Shown piece by piece: positions 25,601 through 35,655 of a DNA stretch of 64,000 nucleotides (its first letter is position 1; every line of letters starts with the position of its first letter). The DNA is taken from positions 2,294,001 through 2,358,000 of the forward strand of contig NC_090419.1 of the NCBI RefSeq assembly GCF_036365525.1. Direction: 5' to 3'. The translations under genes were made by a program, and so were the position numbers. The DNA is from Heterodontus francisci (lineage: Eukaryota). The notes beneath the pieces were generated by a model. That model was not told the DNA's origin. It saw nothing but the letters and a program-made list of their open reading frames with translations, and searched no databases.

Positions 25601-26311
25601 GGCGAAGCCCACTCCATGCTGTCTTGGTTCTTCAGGATCCCTGCCCTGCCAGAAGAAGGTGTAGTCTTGCTCTGCTAGAGAGCCACTCGCGGGGAGGTGA
25701 GTCTCCTGAAGTGCTGCAATGTCCACATTGAGTCTACTGAGCTCGTTGTTAATGATGGCGGTCTTCCGAGAATCGTTGATTTGTGTAAGGTCTTCCGACA
25801 GGCCAGGACACATAGTTCTGACGTTCCAGCTTGCAAAGCGAAGGGCTGGTACCTTCTTTCCTTTTTTCATGTTGTTTGGTGCGGTGTATCAGTCCACCTT
25901 TCGGGCAATGACCCTGAGCTCCAAGCACCCATTGAAGCAGGCAGACTGTGGCGGGACAGAACCTTATTGACCGGGGGCTGCCCGGTTTGAGGCGGGCGGT
26001 AGCTGTCCAGTGAGGTGCAATGACCTCTCCCACCGACAAAGGCAACCCGTGGCGCCCAGTTTCTCCGCCAATTTATCTGGACTTATAACCCGTAACTGCT
26101 GCCTTCCGTGTTGTTTCAGTCGCTGTGAGGCAACTATGGAGTGACCTCTCCATGGCGCATGCCTGGGCAAATTTATGGAGGTTGAGAGTTGCCCAGTCGT
26201 CAAAACCCCCCTCTCGGCCTTTCTGGTGGGGTCCAAAGGAGTGCAGGACACGACGTTTGGCACCAGTATGGCTGCAGGAACTGCCGGAAACATGCCAAAG
26301 GTGACACATGC
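22619..26311 (-). mobile_element. RTE-clade LINE, near full length and young
   Basis: Single intact ORF, ~440 bp of 5'UTR, very short 3'UTR and (GAAA)n tail. Confidence 0.95.
22679..25870 (-). CDS. RTE retrotransposon protein, 1063 aa (APE endonuclease, RT, C-terminal Zn finger)
   Basis: WNVRTM, QET, GDFNA, DTDH; NYRGISLL, QCGFR, FIDLTKAFD, GVKQGC, LFADD, YLGS; CRTCGRAC...HSRRC; no stops. Confidence 0.95.
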   Translation of the reverse strand: MKKGKKVPALRFASWNVRTMCPGLSEDLTQINDSRKTAIINNELSRLNVDIAALQETHLPASGSLAEQDYTFFWQGRDPEEPRQHGVGFAIRNSLLSMIEPPSNGSERILSIRLLTTSGPVHLLSIYAPTLCSAPEAKDQFHEQLHNIISSIPNTEHLFLLGDFNARVGADHDSWPSCLGRYGVGRMNENGQRLLELCTYHNLCITNSFFRTKPCHQVSWRHPRSRRWHQLDLIVTRRAALNSVQITRSFHSADCDTDHSLVCSKVRLRPKKLHHSKQKGHPRINTSRISHPQLLQKFLNSLVTALQNTPTGDAETKWAHIRDAIYESALTTYGKSAKRNADWFQSHNEELEPVIAAKRIALLNYKKAPSDLTSAALKAARSTAQRTARRCANDYWQHLCSHIQLASDTGNIRGMYDGMKRALGPTIKKITPLKSKSGDIITDQRKQIDRWVEHYLELYSRENAVTETALNAAQPLPVMDELDIQPTKSELSDAIDSLASGKAPGKDSITPEIIKSAKPAILSALHELLCLCWDEGAVPQDMRDANIITLYKNKGDRGDCNNYRGISLLSIVGKVFARVALNRLQKLAERVYPEAQCGFRAERSTIDMLFSLRQIQEKCREQQMPLYIAFIDLTKAFDLVSRRGLFRLLEKIGCPPKLLSIITSFHDNMKGTIQHGGSSSEPFPILSGVKQGCVLAPTLFGIFFSLLLSHAFKSSEEGIFLHTRSGGRLFNLARLRAKSKVRKVLIRELLFADDAALTSHTEECLQSLIDRFASACNEFGLTISLKKTNIMGQDVRNAPSINIGDHALEVVQEFTYLGSTITSNLSLDAEINKRMGKASTAMSRLAKRVWENGALTRNTKVRVYQACVLSTLLYGSEACTTYASQERRLNSFHLRCLRRILGIRWQDYISNTEVLEAANTPSLYTLLSQRRLRWLGHVSRMEDGRIPKDTLYSELATGIRPTGRPCLRYKDVCKRDMKSCDIDHKSWESVASIRQSWRAAIKTGLNCGESKRLSSWQEKRQRRKGRANCATAPTNKFLCRTCGRACHSRIGLYSHSRRCFTNH

Positions 26312-26654
26312 CCTCATCCCTAAAACCCTAACATTAAACCCCAAATACTGGACTGGGCAGACAATGGGGATTGTTACTGGGGTTCCGTCAAGGTCTCATT
26401 TCGCTATCTCTTCTGTATCTCACTGTCTTCCACTTTGTCCCTCTCTCTCCATTTCCCCATTTGTTTCCATTTCCCTCTCTCCTCTTTCCTTCATCGCCCC
26501 CAACTTTATAAATGGAGAGGGTGCTCCTTCCACTTTATAAATAAAGATGGAGCTCACTCCACTTTTACATAGCGAGGGAGCTCCCTCCACTTTGTCCGGA
26601 GAGGTGGAGCTCCCTCTACTTATACGTAGAAAGGGAGCTCCCTCTGTTTTATAT

Positions 26655-26750
26655 AGCTGCCGTGGTGGGATTTGAACCCCTGTCCCCAGGCCATCTGGTT
26701 GGGCCTCTTGATTACGTGACCAGTGATATTATCACTACCCAACTGCCTCC
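26655..26750 (-). mobile_element. tRNA-like head fragment of a SINE/LINE
   Basis: Minus strand ggttcaaatcccaccacggcagct; same head as at ~2100. Confidence 0.55.
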
Positions 26751-27219
26751 CAAATGGATGCGTACAGTTTCTGTCCCGTAATATCACTCACCGTAGGTTC
26801 TGGGCTGTAACCCTGAACATGGTCGCGAATCAGAGACTCAAATTTCACATTTTAACTGGGAAAAGGCAGGAACAGAGTGAAACGGGATTGCTTTTGTCCC
26901 TGGATTCAGTGTCCACTGCAGACAGATCAGTTACACAACAGAGAAAAGCCAGGAGTGAACAAGGTCAATACAATAATATGGAAAATGTAAATGACGCCTC
27001 TCACAATTGAAGCATCCGTCCAGTATGAGTTCAGATTTCAGGTTTATTCCCGAGAGAGGTCTTACTCAGAAAATGTCATTGACATTGAAATGATTGTGTT
27101 TTATCCACCACATTATTTACATCAGAGTCAAAGCTGCTGATGTAATGTGTTTGTTCAGGTTAGTGTAACTAATAGCAATGATCAGGGGTATAACCGTGTC
27201 TGTGGAGACTTATCCCCTG

Positions 27220-27226
27220 TATAAAT
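27220..27226 (+). promoter_or_regulatory. TATA box of the GPCR gene
   Basis: TATAAAT 91 bp upstream of the ATG at 27311. Confidence 0.55.
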
Positions 27227-27310
27227 CAGGACCCATTGGAATGGATCAGCTCAGAGTACCTACTGGAGCTGTGGATTCCAGGCTAATAGAAATCTCTGCT
27301 TCTCACAGAA

Positions 27311-27380
27311 ATGGGATATCCAGTAATCCATCAGATAGAAGACATTTATTATCCTGTACTTGCAGCAATTGGAGTTGCTG
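27311..27380 (+). CDS. GPR139/GPR142-like GPCR, coding exon 1
   Basis: MGYPVIHQIEDIYYPVLAAIGVA+G followed by donor gtaagc; phase 1 matches exon 2. Confidence 0.9.
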
Positions 27381-29154
27381 GTAAGCCAGTATCTCAGCTG
27401 TTAATGGTCTAAATCGATGTTAACTGTGCTGCTGTACTGGGTATTATTTCCCTCTGTGTGTGTTACACAGCCACCTGTTCTTTTCCAGCAATTTACTGAT
27501 GGAATCTCCTTTTGTCTACTCTTTCATTCTTGTAGGAGTTGTGTTATGTATTTAATGGTATTGTTTTAAGTAACTGTGGCTTTGTTATTGGATTATTCTG
27601 TGCATTGAATGTATTGGAATGAGATGTTTCAGTTAGGATCAATAATCAGACCATTAGGACTTTTTAATATTTTCGTGATGTGGATCTAACCAATCCTGGA
27701 ATATTTTTATGATTTTTTTTCAGTGATTGATAATGAGACATCTCACGGTCTCAGTGTTACAAGGGGACAGAACTATATCCTCCCTCCCCAATAACATGGC
27801 CCAGTTTAACTGTGATTTCAATGTATTTATTGATTATCACTGTTATCAAATATTATTTCACTCTGTGTGTGTCTGACGCTGCTTTAGAGGTCTGGCTACT
27901 GAACTGAGTTTGCTGCTGACACTTTCACTTCTCCTTCTCTGCTTCACTGTGAAACTTCACTGTCACTGGACTACATTGTAAAATAGAAAGTATTGATGTG
28001 ATGTTTTACTGGTTTTCACTTTATCAGTTGGTATCAAGAGTCTTTCCGTTTATCAGCTGCAGCGCTGTTGTTGGTGTTTTATTAATGAAACAATCCCACA
28101 TTATAACAGATTACTTTATAATTCCAGGAGAAGGAATTTCAATGATTGTGAGGTTTGTCTGGAAGTAGCTTTCGATCCTGTTTACTCCATGTATTGTAGA
28201 TGAAGTGAAGAGTGTAGGTGAACAGGTGGAGACTTGAGTGTTCTGTAGATACATTAAATTATTCACAGAGGTTTCACTATTGAACAAACTGACTCTGAGA
28301 ATAGAATCATTGAACCTGGGGCTGGTGAACAGAACACAGCCGCAGAATGTTAGGAATAAATCATACGTGAAAAGCAGCATTAAGTAACAATTTACAGGTT
28401 GTCAGTACTCCAGAGAGATAGGGAAGGAGAAAAGGAGCAGGGAGAATGAAACCGAGGGAAAGAGATCAGCAGAAGTAAAGAGAAAGAGAAAGAAGCAGCA
28501 GTGTAAATAATTCACTATCATAAAGTGCTGGAATGTCCAGAACAATTAGTGAGAGAAACTGGGAGTTGAAGTTGTCTGTTGTCAGATTGTGTTCATTTTC
28601 CTGTTGGACTTGATCCTCTGTGTTGATTTCTGTTAGGTCCTCATTTTGTTTTGTGGAATGTTCCTATTCCTTACTTAGTGACTGAATACATAGAATAGAA
28701 TCAGTTCTTCACTGATGGTAATTCATTATTTAAATACTGCACTTTAAAATCTCTGTGACTGCTGAATTCAATAATGAGCGAGGCTAATATCAGAAATATA
28801 TTTAAATTTATATTTAATTGCCTGTACAAACGAAATATATTGACTATATTGTATTAACAATGAACTGTTCTCCAACACCAATAACCACAGGGATTATTGT
28901 TTGAATGTATTAATTGAGTTGTATTACTGGGATCTATAGATTAGATTTCCTCTAACACTCTGCTGCAGTCTCTCCTTGTGAATCTCAGCCTCTCCTCTCA
29001 CTGTATTGAATCCTCAGTCTCCTCATCCATTGCTTCAGTTTATCCACTTTCCCAAACCATCTGCTCCGGTCTCCCCTCCTGCTCCAACATGTCCTTTTCC
29101 TTCTCTCCCTCCCAATCTCACTCACTGGCTCCACCTCCAGCTGCCTTGTCCAAC

Positions 29155-29236
29155 CTGATAGGAATACAGGAACATAGGAGCAGGAGGTGGCCATTTAGCC
29201 CTTCTCGCCTGCTCCACCATTCTAGATCATGGCTGA
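29155..29236 (-). mobile_element. CR1 3'UTR fragment in the GPCR intron
   Basis: ataggagcaggag..ggccatt.agccct...gatcatggctgat. Confidence 0.65.
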
Positions 29237-29690
29237 TAATCAGACTCAGCGCTGCAGTTTTCAGCCTTTTCCCATGTGGGAACAGTCCCTGTCTGTTCCC
29301 TGAACCCAGAGCAACAAACCAGCTGCACATCCCGCTCTCCCCAACCCTTCCCAACCAACAGTCTGGAGACACATTCCCAATTAACCCATTGGATTCCATC
29401 TCTGTAACTCTCCTTCTCATTCCCCCACTGGCACTGCATCCTCACTCAGTACTTCCAGTAGATCCGGTGCTGACTTTATTCACTTTCTGCATCAATTTCC
29501 CAATTCATTATTAATAATTGTGTTTTCAAACATTTCACTGTGACAAAACACTGCCCAGGTCAATGAATCAGTTTTCACTGCTCGATGCAGCAACAAAGCT
29601 GGAAATTGCAGCCCAGATCCTGTCAAACTGCTGCTTTGTCTCCAGGTCTGATCAGTAATTTCTCTTCTTCCTTTTCTCTCTCTCTTCCAG

Positions 29691-30595
29691 TTAACTTGGT
29701 GGCGATTGTGATCCTGTCCCGAGGAAAGTGCGGTCTCTCCAAATGTATCAGTGTCGACCTGGTGGGAATGGCAGTGTCTGATCTCCTGGTCGTTATCACT
29801 GATCCCATATTGAACTGGATTGTTGTAATTTATTTCCCATATTCATTCCTGAGAATTACTCCTGTGTGTTCTCTCATTGGCGTTATGCTTTGTGCATTCA
29901 CAGTTGTTTCTGTCTGGCTCACAGTCACTTTCACCTTTGATCGATTTGTCGCCATTTGTTGTGAGAAGCTGAAAACAAAATATTGCAGCAAAAAAACGGC
30001 GGCTGTTGTTGTGGGAACAGTGAGTGTGCTGGGCTGTTTGGAGTCTGTCCCCTGGTACTTTACACTGGAACAACAATACATTATTGATAATGTTCCCATG
30101 GGTTGTGTTAATAAACTGAGCTTCTTTACTTCCCCCATATGGGGGGCATTTGAATTGTTTAACCTCATTTTAACCCCTAGTATCCCGGTCTTTCTGATGT
30201 TGCTGCTCAATGTTCTGACTGTCAGGCGGATTTTATTCTCCAGTAAAGTCCGCAGGGGATTCCGGCGCCACAGCAATGCAGAGAATCACAAGGACCCAGA
30301 GATGGAGAATCGCAGGAAATCAATTATTTTACTCTTCAGTATATCCGGCAGTTTTATCCTGTTATGGGTGACACAGGTTGTGTTTAACATTTATACTCGA
30401 ATTGCAGATATTTATTATTATTCCTCCTACACTGACCCTGTCTTTATCACAGGTCAAACATCAAAGATGCTGCAGATTCTCAGTTCCTGCACCAACACAT
30501 GTATTTACATTGTGACCCAGACTAAATTCAGACAGGAGCTGAAGAAGGGGGTGAAATACCCTCTCAATCTCATTGTTAAATTAGTGAAATCATAG
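29691..30595 (+). CDS. GPR139/GPR142-like GPCR, coding exon 2 (spliced product 324 aa, 7TM)
   Basis: Acceptor ctctcttccag|TTAAC; (V)NLVAIVILSRGKCGL, MAVSDLL, FDRFVAICC, RRKSIILL, SSCTNTCIY, FRQEL, stop TAG; 70+905=975 nt. Confidence 0.92.
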
Positions 30596-30864
30596 AAAGA
30601 GCTGAAGGGTTTCAAACACTGGAACTAAATCCCATTCCCCCTCCTCCTCCCCCAGACCCCCAGCTCCACCTCCCACCCTCCACCCACCTTTGTGATTATT
30701 TGACCGGCGCCATCTTTAGTCCTGGCAGCTGCCTGAGCGTGGCAGACCCTGACTTTAACTGGAACAGGATACGTTTGCGCATGTGCCAGTGCAGCGCCAC
30801 CGAGTGGTTGCTTTGTCAACAAACGCCGCCGGTGGACAAAGCTGCAAACCGCAGTGATTGTGAG

Positions 30865-31140
30865 GTGATGAGAGGGGGGCAGTAACAGCAGTGAGGCAGG
30901 GATACCAGCAGATGGAAGTGGTGAGCGGGGGCAGCAACTGCATTGAGGCAGGGGCACCAGCAGATGGAGATGGTGAGAGGGGGACAGTAACTGCAGTGAG
31001 ACAGGGACACCAGCAGATGGAGATGGTGAGAGGGGACAGTAACTGCAGTGAGACAGGGACACCAGCAGATGAAGATGGTGAGAGGGGACAATAACTGCAG
31101 TGAGACAGGGACACCAGCAGATGGAGATGGTGAGCCACTG
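30865..31140. repeat. 52-bp tandem repeat, ~5 copies
   Basis: cagtaactgcagtgagacagggacaccagcagatggagatggtgagagggga. Confidence 0.9.
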
Positions 31141-31222
31141 CTGATGGAGATTCGGTGTTACTGAATGTTTGAAAGTTTCTACAAGTTTGAGGAATTTACT
31201 TCCTGTAAAACTTGAGATGCTC

Positions 31223-31228
31223 AATAAA
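31223..31228 (+). terminator. Candidate polyadenylation signal of the GPCR gene
   Basis: First AATAAA noticed after the stop codon, followed by a GT-rich tract. Confidence 0.45.
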
Positions 31229-31303
31229 ATAATTTCAATATAGTTTGTGTAAAGTGGCTATTTTACTACTATGTGCACTAGGCAAATACTTCAAGGGAAC
31301 AGT

Positions 31304-31659
31304 GGGGCTGCACAGTGGTGCAGTGGTAAGCACTGCAGCCTCACAGCTCCATCGACCCGGGTTCAATTCTGGGTACTGCCTGTGTGGAGTTTGCAAGTTC
31401 TCCCTGTGTCTGCGTGGGTTTTCTCCGGGTGCTCCGGATTCCTCCCACAAGCCAAAAGACTTGCAGGTTGGTAGGTAAATTGGCCATTATAAATTGCCCC
31501 TAGTATAGGTAGGTGGGAGGGAAATATAGGGAGAGGTGGGGATGTAGTAGGGAACATGGGTTTAGTGTAGGATTAGTATGAATGGGTGGTTGATGGTCGG
31601 CATAGACTCGGTGGGCCGAAGGGCCTGTTTCAGTGCTGTACCTCTAAACTAAACTAAAC
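31304..31659 (+). mobile_element. tRNA-derived SINE (HE1-like), full length
   Basis: A box tggtgcagtgg, B box ggttcaattc, CR1-type tail, (ctaaa)n end. Confidence 0.92.
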
Positions 31660-31794
31660 ACTTGCAACATTCAACTCGTTACTGTTTGGAAAATTATTTT
31701 CACTGATTAAAGGTAATGTATAAATAAAACAACAGCATCAAATTAAACTCAATCATTTTCAAATAAAAACTCTCTATATAAGGAAGGTCAGTTT

Positions 31795-34700
31795 CAGCTA
31801 AAGTTAAAGTTAATTACTTTTAGTTTCGGCGGAGCAGGGGACTGCTGGGTAAGTACAAACCTATATATTTGGGCAGTGCCCGGTGCCAGGGTGCAGGACA
31901 TCTCTGACCGGTTTGAAAGGATATTGGAGCGGGAGGGGGAGGATCCAGTTGTTGTGGTCCACGTTGGGACTAACAACATAGGCAAGGCTCGGATGGAGGA
32001 CCGGTTTGGGGATTATAAAGCACTAGGAACGAAATTAAGGAACTGGTCCACGAGGGTCATAATCTCCGGATTACTGCCCGTGCCACGTGCAAATTGGCTG
32101 AGGGATAAGAATATTAGGGAAGTAAACACGTGGCTCAGGGAGTGGTGTGGGAAACAGGGGTTCCATTTCATGGGGCATTGGCATCAGTTTTGGAACCGGG
32201 GGGATCTGTACCGATGGGACGGTCTCCACCTGAACCGATCTGGAACCAGTGTTCTAGAGAAACGGATAAATAGGGTGGTCTCTATGAATTTAAACTAGTG
32301 AATCGGGGGGAAGGGAAAGGGAAAACGACAGGGTGTATGATGGTAAATAAAAAGGGAAGCAGCAGGTTAACATATGAGCAGGAGGGTTTAAGTTCAGGGC
32401 AGACTATGAAAGAAGCAGAAAGGAAGGATAACTCAGGAGTTATTAGAGGTATTGGAAATCATGAGGGTAAGAAAGCTAGCATAAAGGCACTTTACCTGAA
32501 TGCGCGTAGCATTCGTAACAAGGTTGATGAGGTAACGGCACAAATCATCACGAATGAATATGATTTGGTAGCCATTACGGAGACATGGTTACAGGTTGGT
32601 CACGACTGGGTGTTAAATATCCAGGGGTACCAGACTATTCGGAAGGACAGACAGGAAGGTAAGGGAGGTGGTGTAGCTCTGATATTCAAGGACGACATCA
32701 GGGCGGTGCTGAGAGATGAAATAGGTTCTATGGAGAATGAGGTTGAATCTATTTGGGTGGAAATTAGAAACTCTAAGAAGAAAAAGTCATTGATAGGCGT
32801 AGTCTATAGGCCACCAAATAATAACATCACATTGGGGCGGGCAATAAACAAAGAAATAACTAATGCCTGTAAAAATGGTACGGCAATTATCATGGGGGAT
32901 TTTAATCTACATGTAGATTGGTCGAACCAGCTCAGTCAGGGTAGCCTTGAGGAGGAATTCGTTGAGTGTATCCGTGATAGTTTTCTTGAACAGTATGTAA
33001 TGGAACCGACGAGGGAGCAAGCTATCCTAGATCTAGTACTGTGTAATGAGACAGGAATAATTAATGACCTCATAGTTAGGGATCCTCTTGGAAGGAGTGA
33101 TCACAGTATGGTTGAATTTAGAATACAGATGGAGAGTGTGAAGATAAAATCCAATACCAGGGTCCTGCACTTGAACAAGGGGGACTACAATAGAATGAGG
33201 GAGGACTTGGCTAAAGTAGACTGGAAACAAAAATTTTATGGTGGGACAGTTGATGAGCAGTGGAGGACTTTCAAAGCAATTTTTCAAAGTGCTCAGCAAA
33301 AGTATTCTTTCTTTTGGGCCTCCTTATCTCGAGAGACAATGGATACGCGCCTGGAGGTGGTCAGTGGTTTGTGAAGCAGCGCCTGGAGTGGCTATAAAGG
33401 CCAATTCTAGAGTGACAGGCTCTTCCACAGGTGCTGCAGAGAAATTTGTTTGTTGGGGCTGTTGCACAGTTGGCTCTCCCCTTGCGCCTCTGTCTTTTTT
33501 CCTGCCAACTACTAAGTCTCTTCGACTCGCCACAATTTAGCCCTGTCTTTATGGCTGCCCGCCAGCTCTGGCGAATGCTGGCAAAAGTATATTCCAGTGA
33601 AAAGGAGGGACTGGAAGAAAAGGGGTAATCTGCCATGGGTGTCTAAGGAAATAAGGGAGGCTATCAAATTGAAAGAGAAGGCATACAAGGTGGCCAAAAG
33701 CAGCATGAAACTAGAAGATTGGGAAAACTTTAAAGGTCAACAGAAAGCTACAAAAAGAACTATAAAGAAAAGTAAGATAGAACATGAGAAAAAACTAGCA
33801 CAGAATATAAAGACAGATAGCAAAAGTTTCTATAAATATATAAAATGAAAAAGAGTGGCTAAAGTAAACGTTGGTCCTTTGGAGGATGAGAAGGGGAATT
33901 TAGTTATGGGACATGATGAAATGGCCGAGGCATTGAACAGGTATTTTGTATCGGTCTTCACAGTGGAGGACATTAATAACATGCCAGGAATTGACAAAGA
34001 GACGAACGTAGGTGAGGACCTGGAAACAATCATTATTACGGAAGAGGTAGTGTTGGGCAAGCTAATGGAGCGAAGGATTGATATGTCTCCTGGCCCTGAT
34101 GGAATGCATCCCAGGGACTAAAAGAGATGGCGGGAGAAATAGCAGGTGCACTGACGGTAATTTTCCAATATATGCTGGACTCTGGGGTAGTCCAAGCTGA
34201 TTGGAAAACAGCAGATGTGACGCCACTGTTTAAAAAGGGAGGTAGACAAAAGATGGGGAATTATAGACCGGTTAGCTTAACCTCTGTCGTGGGGAAGATG
34301 CTTGAGTCTATTATCAAGGAAGAAATAGCAGGGCATCTCGATAGAAATTGTCCCATTGGGCAGACGCAGCATGGGTTCATGAAGGGCGGGTCATGCTTGA
34401 CAAATCTTTTGGAATTCAATGATGACGTTACGAGCAAGGTGGACAATGGAGACCCAGTGGATGTGGTGTACCTAGATTTCCAAAAGGCCTTCGACAAGGT
34501 GCCGCACAAGAGGCTGCTGCATAAGATAAGGATGCATGGCGTCAGGGGTAAAGTATGAGCATGGAAAGAGGATTGGTTGACGAACAGGAAGCAGAGAGTG
34601 GGGATAAATGAGTGCTATTCTGGCTGGCAATCAGTCACTAGTGGTGTGCCTCAGCGATCGGTGTTGGGACCGCAATTATTTACAATTTATATAGATCATT

Positions 34701-35655
34701 TGGAGTTGGGGACCACGTGTTGCAGATGACACTAAGATGCGTGGCAGAGCAAAGTGTGCAGATGACTGTGAAACTTTGCAGAGGAACATAGATACATTGA
34801 GTGAGTGGGCAAAGGTCTGGCAGATGGAATACAATGTTAATAAATGTGAAGTCATTCATTTTGGTAGGAGTAACAGTAAAAAGGATTATTACTTGAATGG
34901 TAAAAAGTTGCAGCATGCTGCTATGCAGAGGGACCTGGGTGTCCTTGTGCATGAATCGCAGAAGGTTGGTCTGCAGGTACAGCAAGTAATTAGGAAGGCA
35001 AATGGAATTTTGTCCTTCATTGCTAAAGGGATTGTGTTTAAAAGCAGAGAGGTTATGTTGCAGCTGTATAAGGTACTGGTGAGGCCGCACCTGGAGTACT
35101 GTGTGCAGTTTTGGTCTCCTTACTTGAGAAAGGATATACTGGCACTGGAGAGGGTGCAGAGGAGGTTCACTAGGTTGATTCCGGAGTTGAGGGGGTTGGC
35201 TTATGAGGAGAGACTGAGTAGATTGTGATCATATTCATTGGAATTCAGAAGAATGAGGGGGGATCTTATAGAAACATATAAAATCATGAAGGGAATAGAT
35301 AAGATGCAAGTAGAGAGGATGTTTCCACTGGCAGGTGAAGCTAGAACAAGAGGGCATAGCCTCAAGATTAGAGGGAGCAGATTTAGAACTGAATTAAGAA
35401 GGAACTTCTTCACCCAGAGGGTGGTTAGTCTATGGAATTCCTTGCCCAGTGAAGTAGTTGACGCTACTTCAGTAATCGTCTTTAAAGCTAAGGTAGATAT
35501 CTTTTTGAACAATAAAGGAATTAAGGGATACGGTGAGAGCGCGGGTAAGTGGATCTGAGTCCACGAAAAGATCAGCCATGATCTTATTGAATGGTGGAGC
35601 AGGCTCGAGGGGCCGGACGGCCTACTCCTGCTCCTACTTCTTATGATCTTATGAA
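31795..35655 (+). mobile_element. CR1 LINE with partial ORF1 (SGNH esterase) and disrupted ORF2
   Basis: PGARVQD...VHVGTNN...DGLHLN; YLNARSI, GDFN, SDH; QHGF, DFQKAFD; tail cttatgatcttatga. Confidence 0.95.
33306..33580 (-). mobile_element. 5'-truncated RTE inserted into the CR1
   Basis: Nearly identical to 22620-22900; TSD gcaaaagtat at 33296-33305 and 33581-33590. Confidence 0.95.

Noticed and set aside
22605-26320. ctcatc on both sides of the intact RTE as a TSD
   Set aside because: The left copy is separated from the tail by gaac, and both copies fit successive parts of the interrupted local repeat
29585-29690. N-terminus MQQQSW... of the 336-aa ORF as the real GPCR start
   Set aside because: Read-through of intron and polypyrimidine tract; the true first exon is 27311-27380
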